From Promethearchaeota archaeon Loki_b31 (GTDB lineage: Archaea; Asgardarchaeota; Lokiarchaeia; Sigyniarchaeales; SOKP01): a stretch of DNA of 51,335 nt. Below the pieces are notes generated by a model that was given only the letters and a program-made list of their open reading frames with translations, ran no database searches and had not been told where the DNA came from. The DNA is taken from the NCBI GenBank assembly GCA_005222975.1, contig NJBI01000020.1, forward strand, positions 1-51,335. Reading direction: 5' to 3'. Of this stretch, positions 20,012 through 28,789 are shown piece after piece. A program made the position numbers and the translations under genes. Position 1 is the stretch's first letter. Every line of letters begins with the position of its first letter.

Positions 20012-21598
20012 TTATAATCCAGGAAGTTTAGAGCCTTTAGCGCTGATAATTCTATCTACTCTTAAAATTAAATTTGCTAATTCGCTTCCCGCTTTGATTA
20101 CATGGCTAACAAGAGCAGCGGGTTCAACTATTCCTTTTTCAAAATTATCTTCGATCTTATTGGATATAGTATCAATTCCAACCCATTTTTCGTTATCTGT
20201 TTTGTGAGCAGCGCGTAATTCCGTCATATTCTCAATTTCGTCTAATCCTGCGTTTTTGATTAGAGTTTTTGGAATTTCTTCTAAGGCTATAGCAAATGCG
20301 TTTACGGCAAGTTGTTCTTTCCCGCTAATTTGATTCGCATATTCTCTTAGTCTCTTCGCAAGCTCTATATATATAGCGCCACCACCAGCAACCACGGCTT
20401 CTGTGTCCATTACTTTAGCCACTACTGAGAGAACATCGTGTAAGGTAATTTCTGCGGAATCTAGGATTTTTTCTAAGCCTCCTTTTAGTATTATTGATAC
20501 TGACTTAGGGTTTTTACATCCACTAAATAAAACATAATTGTTGTTAGAAAGTTTTTCAAATTTTACTTTTTCTGCAAACCCTAAATCTTCTTCGGATAAA
20601 GAGTGGAGATCAGCAACTTTTTTCGCTCCAGTAGCTTTTGTTACGGCTTTTATGTCTGAATCGCCGAGATTTTTTATCGCAACGATTCCTTCTTTCGCTA
20701 AATATGCACCGAATTTATCGGAAATGTCTTGATTATTAACGATCATATTCACTCCTAAATCTTTAAAGATTTTTAAGTAATCTAGCAGGATTTTATCTTC
20801 TTGATCGAGAAACTTTTGAATGTCAGCGGGGTTAGATATTCTAATTTGGGAATCGAATTCTGTTTTAACAACATCTAATTTTCTTTTAATAACAGCTATT
20901 TTCGCATTTTTTAATACTTCTGGCATGGCGGGATTGACTCGTTCTTTCTCAATGTAGACTCCATTTATTAACTCTGATTCTCTGAGCGATTTTCCGGGTA
21001 TCTTAATAATTAATACATTCCCTACTTTCGAAAAAGTATCTTTGGCGTCTCCCTTTATATATTTTATAGCTTGTAAAGTTAATTCTGAAAAATATTCTTT
21101 TACCCCTACAATATCTTTAGCATTCATAGCAGTTTTAGCGATATTAATAAGAATTTTTTCATCGTCTTGAGATATTTTAACAGCGATCTCATTTAGAATC
21201 TCTAAAGATTTATTTGCTGCCATGCGGAATCCTTGAGTAATAGGTTTTGGATGTATGCCTTGTTCAATTAACTCTAGAGCGTTTCCCAATAAAGCAGCTG
21301 AGAAGATGACAGCTGTAGTAGTGCCATCACCGATATCGTCGTCAATCGATTTGGCTACATTTACCATCATATTCGCAGCAACATTATCAATATCAAGCTT
21401 CTTTAATATTTCGGCGCCATCATTCGTTATCGTTACGTCTCCTACAGAGTCTACAAGCATTTTATTCATACCTTTTGGTCCAAGCGTAGATTTTACGGAT
21501 TCAGTAATTGCTAGAATCGCATTTATGTTTTGCATTCGAGCTTCTTTCTCTTTAGTTTCCTCAGTTCCTTCTTTTAATATAATTATTGGTACAGACAT
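20012..21598 (-). CDS. Thermosome / group II chaperonin subunit
   Basis: STLGPKGMNKML, ITNDGAEIL, GDGTTT, AGGGA, NAGLD, ILRVD. Confidence 0.95.
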   Translation of the reverse strand: MSVPIIILKEGTEETKEKEARMQNINAILAITESVKSTLGPKGMNKMLVDSVGDVTITNDGAEILKKLDIDNVAANMMVNVAKSIDDDIGDGTTTAVIFSAALLGNALELIEQGIHPKPITQGFRMAANKSLEILNEIAVKISQDDEKILINIAKTAMNAKDIVGVKEYFSELTLQAIKYIKGDAKDTFSKVGNVLIIKIPGKSLRESELINGVYIEKERVNPAMPEVLKNAKIAVIKRKLDVVKTEFDSQIRISNPADIQKFLDQEDKILLDYLKIFKDLGVNMIVNNQDISDKFGAYLAKEGIVAIKNLGDSDIKAVTKATGAKKVADLHSLSEEDLGFAEKVKFEKLSNNNYVLFSGCKNPKSVSIILKGGLEKILDSAEITLHDVLSVVAKVMDTEAVVAGGGAIYIELAKRLREYANQISGKEQLAVNAFAIALEEIPKTLIKNAGLDEIENMTELRAAHKTDNEKWVGIDTISNKIEDNFEKGIVEPAALVSHVIKAGSELANLILRVDRIISAKGSKLPGL

Positions 21599-21798
21599 TA
21601 TTTTCTTTTTCCTTTATTTTTTTTCAAAATTGATCAAATATTTCTTCCAGAATTAAATTCTGGCAGAAAAAATTCTTTCTTTTTTTTGAGAGATCAATTT
21701 TTTTTATTTTTAATATATAGAAATATAAGAAGAATTCAATAATAATTTTATGATTTGGAGATCATTTAAATGTAAAACACTTCAATAACAAAAATTAT

Positions 21799-21860
21799 AA
21801 ATTTTACAATAAATATTGAATTGTTGTAATAGAAATTTTACAATAAATATTGAATTGTTG
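21799..21860. promoter_or_regulatory. Perfect 28-bp direct repeat (two copies, 34-bp period) with palindromic core; candidate Lrp operator
   Basis: AAATTTTACAATAAATATTGAATTGTTG at 21799-21826 and 21833-21860; core CAATA-AA-TATTG; lies between divergent thermosome and lrp genes. Confidence 0.65.
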
Positions 21861-21904
21861 AACAATTTTAAAGAATATATCACTCTTTTTGGTTTAGTTT
21901 AAAA

Positions 21905-22363
21905 ATGAAAAAAGAAAAGATCTTGGACGATATTGACAAGGAAATCTTAAAAATCTTGCAAAAAAACGCTAAAACATCTTATCGAGTTATTCAAGATAAG
22001 TTAAACATCTCTATCGGTACTATTCATAATAGAATAGCAAAACTCGAAAAGAATGGTATAATAGAGGGTTATACTCTTAAACTCAACAACGAAAAGCTCG
22101 GTTATAAGTTAACATTTTTAATAAGAATACAAATTGATGGTAAACACACAGCTGAAATTTTGGACCAAATATCAAAAATACCGGAGGTTTGTTCTGTCTA
22201 TCATACTACAGGGGAGCAATCCGCAGCTTTAATTTGCCGTTTTAAAGAAGCAGAAGATGTCCATCATTTTATTAGGGTGTTGAATGAGAAGGAATATGTT
22301 ACGAAGACTATTTCTAATATGGTTCTAAAAGAATACCGCCCTCGTTCAGGTATTCAATTTTAA
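21905..22363 (+). CDS. Lrp/AsnC family transcriptional regulator
   Basis: LDDIDKEILKILQKNAKTSYR..ISIGTIHNRIAKLEKNGIIEGY; VYHTTG. Confidence 0.93.
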   Translation: MKKEKILDDIDKEILKILQKNAKTSYRVIQDKLNISIGTIHNRIAKLEKNGIIEGYTLKLNNEKLGYKLTFLIRIQIDGKHTAEILDQISKIPEVCSVYHTTGEQSAALICRFKEAEDVHHFIRVLNEKEYVTKTISNMVLKEYRPRSGIQF

Positions 22364-22455
22364 GACCGTAGAGAATGTAAAAAATTCACATTTTTTATTC
22401 TATGGTGATTCATTATTTGCGTAATAATGACAAAAAAAATTAAAATTGAGATATT

Positions 22456-22926
22456 ATGGAAGTTTTTATTGAAGAAGTAGAACCTGCGACTTATGATCCC
22501 GATGATCCATATGATATACCATATGACTATTGGATTGTAGCTAAACTAAATAATGGTCAAAGAATAAATATATTAGTTGATGCATACGACTTAACAGAAC
22601 TTAAAGGTAAAAAAGCAAAATTTTACATATATGCAAAAGAAGCTCTTGAATATCCTGAAAAAAAAGTTTTTACTACATCAGGTAATTATCATAGTAAATA
22701 TAAAATATCAATTGATGAAATAGAAAAATTTTTTATGTATGACTTAATACCCGAAAAAACAACTAAAGAAGAATATTTTAAGGACTTTTTAGAGGGAAGA
22801 CCAGCACTTACTACTGAAAATGGTACTTATTTTGCTTCAGAAAATCCCTCATATAATGATGGCGATTTAATTGATTATAATGTCTTACAATTTTATCCTA
22901 GTTTTTGGTATCCTATTGATGATTAG
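22456..22926 (+). CDS. Hypothetical acidic protein
   Basis: 156-aa ORF with no recognised motif. Confidence 0.6.
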   Translation: MEVFIEEVEPATYDPDDPYDIPYDYWIVAKLNNGQRINILVDAYDLTELKGKKAKFYIYAKEALEYPEKKVFTTSGNYHSKYKISIDEIEKFFMYDLIPEKTTKEEYFKDFLEGRPALTTENGTYFASENPSYNDGDLIDYNVLQFYPSFWYPIDD

Positions 22927-23002
22927 TTACTTTTTTTTTCTAACTTTTCTCCCTCATTTATCCGTTCAGCGATTAATATCTTATTGAATAGTTTAGATAT
23001 CC

Positions 23003-23353
23003 TTATTCTTTAAATAAACCTGCCATTAGAGTTGGTAATTTTAGATATATGACATCACCTTTATCATTAATTCCATTTATTTGATAAGGAAAACGCACTG
23101 GTTTCAATTTATTTACTTTGATACAAACTGGAAGAGTAGCTTTATATGCACTAAGTTCATTCTTTAATTTCCTTACTGTTATCCCTTTATCACTTATATC
23201 CATTACAATTATATTTACTGATTCTTCTTCTAATTCAGTTCTTATAACTACTGTATGATATAATGAAGCATCTTTTTCCGACTGCATAACGCAAGAAACT
23301 GTAGCGTCCTCATTACATTCTTCTAAATCATCAATCAATTCTCTTACATTCAT
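23003..23353 (-). CDS. Hypothetical protein with internal duplication
   Basis: MNVRELIDDL and ITVRKLKNEL begin two similar halves; strong GGGAGG SD. Confidence 0.65.
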   Translation of the reverse strand: MNVRELIDDLEECNEDATVSCVMQSEKDASLYHTVVIRTELEEESVNIIVMDISDKGITVRKLKNELSAYKATLPVCIKVNKLKPVRFPYQINGINDKGDVIYLKLPTLMAGLFKE

Positions 23354-23594
23354 ATTTTATCCCTCCCTTTTTTTGACCTATTATAATAATATAATTTTTT
23401 ATTTTTCTAATTAGTTTTTGTCTTAACCTATAATAAATGCAATAGATATATATCCTTTTCCTCATTCACTTTAAGTTACTTCATTGTCTCTTCTAAAATT
23501 TAAATCTAAAGGGAAAATTAAAAAATGATGATTTAAAGAAGAATTAATAAATCTAAAACACAAGTGGAGTAACCTTGATATTACTAGGAGGATA

Positions 23595-24362
23595 TTATCT
23601 AATCTTTTGAAATATTTGCCCCCAGTATTCACGATTTAAAGCTTTATAGGCTTTATCTCTTATCTCATATTTTTCACGACGAGTAAGATCTGCCGATATT
23701 ACATTGTCTCTATTAGCAGGATCAAAAAAATGTTTGTTAACTATATTATTAGCAATATATTCAAATACTGTCTCAAGTTGAATTGAGAGAGAATCTCTCG
23801 TAACATCATAGCATGCTAGATGAGTCATGATCTCTAATAAAAATGTTTTTATTGGTATTTCTCGACGAAATTTCCAGAGTTTTAACAATTTAATTACATC
23901 TCTACGATCATATTTTTCTATTTCTTCAATGTGTTTCTGCATGCTTGTTTTCAGTCTTTTCTTTTCATAGCAATTATATAGATAAGAATACTCAGATTCA
24001 TGAATGTCTTGGACAGTCGGAATGACATCCACATGAAATTCATTTTCATAGGGAATTCGCCATCCAACTCTCTTTTTCTCAATTCTCTTCCATTTAGAAT
24101 TTAACGCATGTTCTACTTCATAGAATAAATCTTTTAATGGCATAAATTCAGGAGTCCAAATTATAAACATATCCAAATCATAGTGTTGTCTTATCATAGT
24201 ATCCTTTTTGAATGAACCCGCCATAAACATGCTTTTTTTACCCCCTATATGCTTAAAAATACAAGACCGAACATTATTTCTTAATCTTAATAAGCTATCT
24301 ACTTGAGATTGTGTTGGTTCTAAATCATTCAGGACTGTTCTTAAAAATTCTTCATTATCCAT
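23595..24362 (-). CDS. cGAS/DncV-like (SMODS/OAS-like) nucleotidyltransferase, copy 2
   Basis: Pol-beta motifs AGSFKKDTM..YDLD and FHVDVIP; C-terminal KLLKLWK, DPANRDN, YWGQIF. Confidence 0.85.
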   Translation of the reverse strand: MDNEEFLRTVLNDLEPTQSQVDSLLRLRNNVRSCIFKHIGGKKSMFMAGSFKKDTMIRQHYDLDMFIIWTPEFMPLKDLFYEVEHALNSKWKRIEKKRVGWRIPYENEFHVDVIPTVQDIHESEYSYLYNCYEKKRLKTSMQKHIEEIEKYDRRDVIKLLKLWKFRREIPIKTFLLEIMTHLACYDVTRDSLSIQLETVFEYIANNIVNKHFFDPANRDNVISADLTRREKYEIRDKAYKALNREYWGQIFQKIR

Positions 24363-24428
24363 TAGTTTACATATAAATTTATTAAATTTTTTTATAAAAA
24401 CTATTATTCTAATATAACTTATATCTCG

Positions 24429-25190
24429 TCAGAAGAACACCTGATTCCAGTACTGTACTTCAATAGCCTGACGGGCAAGATTACGAACTCGATTCTTTTG
24501 TTCTTTTGATAAATCATCTGAAATAATATTATTGGAATTGGAGGGATCTTCAATTCTAACATTTTGAATACTATCTCGTAGATAATTAAAAGCCGCTAGC
24601 AATTGAGATTCAAGTTTAGATCGATCAATACCCTTACATCCCTCGATGATGCAGCTCTCTAAAATAAAGGTTTTAATTGGTACATTTTTTCTTTTCTTCC
24701 ATAATTTCATTAGTCTAATTACATCTTGTCGACCACTTTTATTAACATAGTCAACTTGGATATAAATACTTGTTTGGAATCTTCCACCTGTTTTATTATT
24801 ATATAAATATGCATAGTTTTCATCTTTACTTGAGAATTTACCAGGTATAACATCAATATGAAAATCTCCTTCAAAGGGAAGTTCTAATCCCACTTTCTTT
24901 TTTCTCACGGTCCTCCAATTTCTATTAAGTACGCCTTCAGCAGCCCTATATAAGCTTTCTAGAGAATAAGGAGAATCCGAGGGCCAATATAAAACAAGAT
25001 CTAAGTCATAACTCGCCTTTATCATTGTATTTTTAGCATAGGAACCTCCATAATATGCTTTAGGAGTTCCTTTTATTCCATTTCTTAATTGCCCTTCGAT
25101 TTTATCTCGAAGTTCCCTTAAATTTCTTTTCTGATTCTCAGTTAAATCTTGTTCGTCTAAAATTTCTCTCAAATAGCTTTCATTAGTCAA
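24429..25190 (-). CDS. cGAS/DncV-like (SMODS/OAS-like) nucleotidyltransferase, copy 1
   Basis: GGSYAKNTM..YDLD, FHIDVIP, RLMKLWK, DPSNSNN, YWNQVF; TTG start after a GTGA SD-like motif. Confidence 0.87.
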   Translation of the reverse strand: MTNESYLREILDEQDLTENQKRNLRELRDKIEGQLRNGIKGTPKAYYGGSYAKNTMIKASYDLDLVLYWPSDSPYSLESLYRAAEGVLNRNWRTVRKKKVGLELPFEGDFHIDVIPGKFSSKDENYAYLYNNKTGGRFQTSIYIQVDYVNKSGRQDVIRLMKLWKKRKNVPIKTFILESCIIEGCKGIDRSKLESQLLAAFNYLRDSIQNVRIEDPSNSNNIISDDLSKEQKNRVRNLARQAIEVQYWNQVFF

Positions 25191-25320
25191 GAATAATCAC
25201 TTTTATCAATTTGACTTTATTGTAGTCTTTGGTTAATTTTTATAATGTAATTTGGATATATAAATTTATAGAGCTAAAATAATAGTAATTTAATATTAAA
25301 TACAGAAATTCTGGGTTTTT

Positions 25321-26430
25321 ATGAAAGAAAGAGATGTCCATAAATTAATAGTTGAAAGCGGAGGGATTTGTAACTTTCCTGAATGTAGAGAAAAATTTAT
25401 TTTCCAGTATGAAGATGGTACTTTTGTTAAATTATATGAATTTGCCCATATTATTGGAGAAAGTCCCGAAGGTCCAAGAGGGCATCAGACAAAGAGTAAA
25501 TTAATGGCACAAGATCCTGAAAATATTATATTATTATGTGTAAAACATCATAAAATTGTTGATAAGAATGAAAGAGAATATCCAGTTGAAAAACTAAAAA
25601 AAATGAAAGAAAATCATATACAATGGGTTAATGAAAGATTAGAAGGTCTAAAAGAAGCCACTTGGACATTGATAATCCATTCAGGGAATGTAACAGGAAC
25701 GGGTGTTCCAAATTTAGATAAAGAATTAATATATCGAGATTTTTATGGATCTCACATAATTGCAGAAACTGAAGAAATCATTATTGAAGAATTTCTAACC
25801 GAGACGCAAAATTGGCTTGAATATCAACAAAAACAAAAAGAATGGTGGCAAAATTTTAAAAATCGAGATGAGATTTCCAAGAAATTTCTTATTTGTTCAA
25901 TTAATTTTATTCCATTAGTAATTCAATTAGGCTATCTCATTCACGATACATTTACAGCAGATATTTATCAATATCACCGTGAAGAGGATACTTGGAAATG
26001 GGAATCTTTACACGGGATCAAAAAAGAACAAGACTTTTATTTAATTGAAAGATTTGATAATAATGATTTAAATATTCAAGAAATAGCCTTATCATTTTCA
26101 ATATCGGGTATTGTTAATGATGATGATATTTTCGAAGTTGTCGGGAATGCTATTAAAATAATTAAAATTAAAGTAAATGAACCTAATAGAACTTGGTTAA
26201 AATATAAAGAACAGATAATAAATTTTCAAAAAAAGTATATCCAATTGATAGATGCAATAGTTCAACAATATAAGAATTTAAAAAAAATTCATTTGTTTTA
26301 TGCAGGACCCACTCCAATTGCTTTTATTATTGGGAGTTCTATTAATCCAACTATACACCCTCCTTTTATACTCTATAATTATTATGCAAAAGATACTCCT
26401 AAATATACAAAAGCTTTTCATATAAACTGA
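25321..26430 (+). CDS. HNH endonuclease-SAVED effector (Cap5-like architecture)
   Basis: N-terminal GGICNFPEC..AHI..GPRG..NIILLCVKHHKIVD (HNH). C-terminal SAVED hallmarks IPLVIQLGY, YQYHR..WKW, ALSFSISG, IHLFYAGPTPIAFIIG, LYNY. Confidence 0.9.
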   Translation: MKERDVHKLIVESGGICNFPECREKFIFQYEDGTFVKLYEFAHIIGESPEGPRGHQTKSKLMAQDPENIILLCVKHHKIVDKNEREYPVEKLKKMKENHIQWVNERLEGLKEATWTLIIHSGNVTGTGVPNLDKELIYRDFYGSHIIAETEEIIIEEFLTETQNWLEYQQKQKEWWQNFKNRDEISKKFLICSINFIPLVIQLGYLIHDTFTADIYQYHREEDTWKWESLHGIKKEQDFYLIERFDNNDLNIQEIALSFSISGIVNDDDIFEVVGNAIKIIKIKVNEPNRTWLKYKEQIINFQKKYIQLIDAIVQQYKNLKKIHLFYAGPTPIAFIIGSSINPTIHPPFILYNYYAKDTPKYTKAFHIN

Positions 26431-26551
26431 TAATTTACTAATTACATAGGGAAATGCGATACAATCCCCCTTATCGCCGAAGTGTGTCCTTATTCTCACT
26501 AATGTCCCGCTATATTTTCCTCGTTACTCAAGGGATTAAAAACGGATTTTG

Positions 26552-28783
26552 TTAGAAATTTGTGTTTATAAGAAAATGATAAAGATTCATTGGCTTTCCT
26601 TGTCTTATATGAATAGTTTTTCCCTGTCTTAATTCACTATTAATATTATATTGATCACTTTCATCATAGAATTGTTTTTCCTTAAGTTTATATTTGAAAG
26701 GAGTTTTTAGAACGGTTTCTTTATAGTTTGACCATAAATCCTCGAAATGAACAGCTTTTGAGTATATAATGATAAAATTAAATGGAAGACCGATTATATC
26801 GTATTTAAAAATTTTTAATAAATGTTCTTCAATTGTCTTTATAACATTGGATTTTAATACTAATGCTTCGCAGATTGCTAAGAGTAAGTTCTTTTCATTC
26901 ATTAATACAAAATCTAAATTCCCCAATCCACCTATATGATCAAATTTTCTTTTTTCAGCTGAAGCAGATATTCCCGAAGGAACCTGGTCCTCAGTATGCC
27001 AACCATATCTCTCAATCGAATTATTAATAAATTTACTTAGGATTACTGAATAATGATCCTCAGATTTTTGAATAGATTGGATTATTTGTTGGAATTGATA
27101 AATACATTTTATTAAAGTTTCAATGATTAACTCTCTATTGGTTTTTATATCAGGTTGTGGTAGTAATTCCAATTCTATGACTGGTAGCTTTAAATCAACA
27201 CCAACAGTGCATAAATCATTTTGCTTCAAGCAAAAATTAATTTCTCTTTCACCAATAAATCCATTACTCTTAATATCAATTTTGAAATGATTTCTTCCAG
27301 CTTCATAAACAGGTTCATACTTACTAATATCAAATAAATCAGTCTCCTCAAAATCTATAATATATGTATAGATTTTATCGTTTTCGGCAAATTTTTGTAT
27401 TATATCGAATTGTTGATAATTCTTAGATAAATTTAGATATTGAAAATTAGGATTATTCTCTTGATTACGATTCCATGGATGGATCTCCTTCATTGAATCT
27501 AAATTAATTATAAAAATAGATTCGATTGGAGGGGGTAGTGGACAGAAATTCGCAGGTAATTCGAATCTCAATTGTTTTAATTTTCCGTTATCGTTAAAAT
27601 AGAAGTTTTCAAGAGAAGATCTTATTCTTTCAGTCTTTATATCTTCGGAACTAGGACTAAATTCTATACTCTCTATATGATCAGAGAATTCTTGTTTTAA
27701 CTGGGATATCATAAGTTTATTTTTGAGATTCTCTATTCTTTTAATAAAAGTTGATAATATTGAAGAAAGCTCCAAATAAAACATAATTATTTCTTTATTA
27801 TATAAGGGAATGGTCTTGGAGTTCAATAAATTTTTAAAACTCGTTTCTGATTTATGTAATTTTTGGTTTGAAAGGTCATAATCATCTATATTCATGTAAT
27901 ATATCCCCATAAATAGCATGAATCGAGCTTTTAAAAAATTAAATTTAAAAGGAAATTTTCTACTCGATTCTTTAATTATATTAAAAGACTCAAAATCGTT
28001 CTTTAAATGTTCTATATCCGCCTCAAGTTTTTTCAGAATAACAACAGGTATATCTTCATTGTATATATCAAGGTACTCCAAAATATAATCAGTTAAAATG
28101 AAGATTTTCTGTGAAAGAGATATTTCTTTATTAATAGATTCTTTAAAACATTCTAGAGCTTTCACCTTCTCCCCTAAAAATGAAAGAAAAAGACCTTTAT
28201 CATATGTATTTGGCATAAGAAGTAGTCTGTCTTTAAGTTTTTCGAAGATTGGTTTATGGTCAATATGACCTCGGAGAATAAGTTTAAAGATTCCTATAAT
28301 TGATCTAATCTCACTTTCATTATCAGATGTCATTTCTAAAAATTGATCTATAAAATTTGAGAATGTCTCAGGTTTTCTCGCCAATGAAAAAGATATGCTA
28401 TTATAACGCTTCCTTTCAATTAAAAGGTTAATTATATCTTGTTGCAGATCATTATCCATTTTATCAAAGTTTTTCAAAAGGTTCATTGACCAAGGATTAA
28501 ACCATTCTCGATTGCGAGTATTTGATAAATATTCTTTTACTTTATTTATGAAGAATTGTGGAGATAAATGTGAAGTATAATCCCCAAAAGATCCAAAAAG
28601 GACATTTGAATATTCAGAAATATGACTATCAGAGGGAGGCTCTCCAAAATTAATATTTTCGTAATATTCCTCTAAGATTTTTGTAAATTCTTCACCTAAC
28701 TCTGGTTTTGCCTTAAAAAATACTGAAAAGATCTGTGATTTATTAATATAATTCTCAAGATGATATTTAAAAGCTTCAACCAC
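26552..28783 (-). CDS. Large helical-repeat protein with a putative C-terminal PD-(D/E)xK-like domain; in frame with the upstream ORF
   Basis: TPR-like helical region; C-terminal EDHYS..EDQ..G.G.LDF..ICEAL..EHL.K..YD..G pattern. Fold assignment is inference. Confidence 0.6.
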   Translation of the reverse strand: MVEAFKYHLENYINKSQIFSVFFKAKPELGEEFTKILEEYYENINFGEPPSDSHISEYSNVLFGSFGDYTSHLSPQFFINKVKEYLSNTRNREWFNPWSMNLLKNFDKMDNDLQQDIINLLIERKRYNSISFSLARKPETFSNFIDQFLEMTSDNESEIRSIIGIFKLILRGHIDHKPIFEKLKDRLLLMPNTYDKGLFLSFLGEKVKALECFKESINKEISLSQKIFILTDYILEYLDIYNEDIPVVILKKLEADIEHLKNDFESFNIIKESSRKFPFKFNFLKARFMLFMGIYYMNIDDYDLSNQKLHKSETSFKNLLNSKTIPLYNKEIIMFYLELSSILSTFIKRIENLKNKLMISQLKQEFSDHIESIEFSPSSEDIKTERIRSSLENFYFNDNGKLKQLRFELPANFCPLPPPIESIFIINLDSMKEIHPWNRNQENNPNFQYLNLSKNYQQFDIIQKFAENDKIYTYIIDFEETDLFDISKYEPVYEAGRNHFKIDIKSNGFIGEREINFCLKQNDLCTVGVDLKLPVIELELLPQPDIKTNRELIIETLIKCIYQFQQIIQSIQKSEDHYSVILSKFINNSIERYGWHTEDQVPSGISASAEKRKFDHIGGLGNLDFVLMNEKNLLLAICEALVLKSNVIKTIEEHLLKIFKYDIIGLPFNFIIIYSKAVHFEDLWSNYKETVLKTPFKYKLKEKQFYDESDQYNINSELRQGKTIHIRQGKPMNLYHFLINTNF

Positions 28784-28789
28784 TTTTTT

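Noticed and set aside
21799-21860. CRISPR repeat pair
   Set aside because: Only 6 nt separate the two 28-mers, so there is no spacer.
23595-25190. CCA-adding enzymes or MNT antitoxins as the identity of the NTase pair
   Set aside because: Too short for archaeal CCA enzymes, too long for MNTs, no HEPN partner, and adjacent to a SAVED effector.
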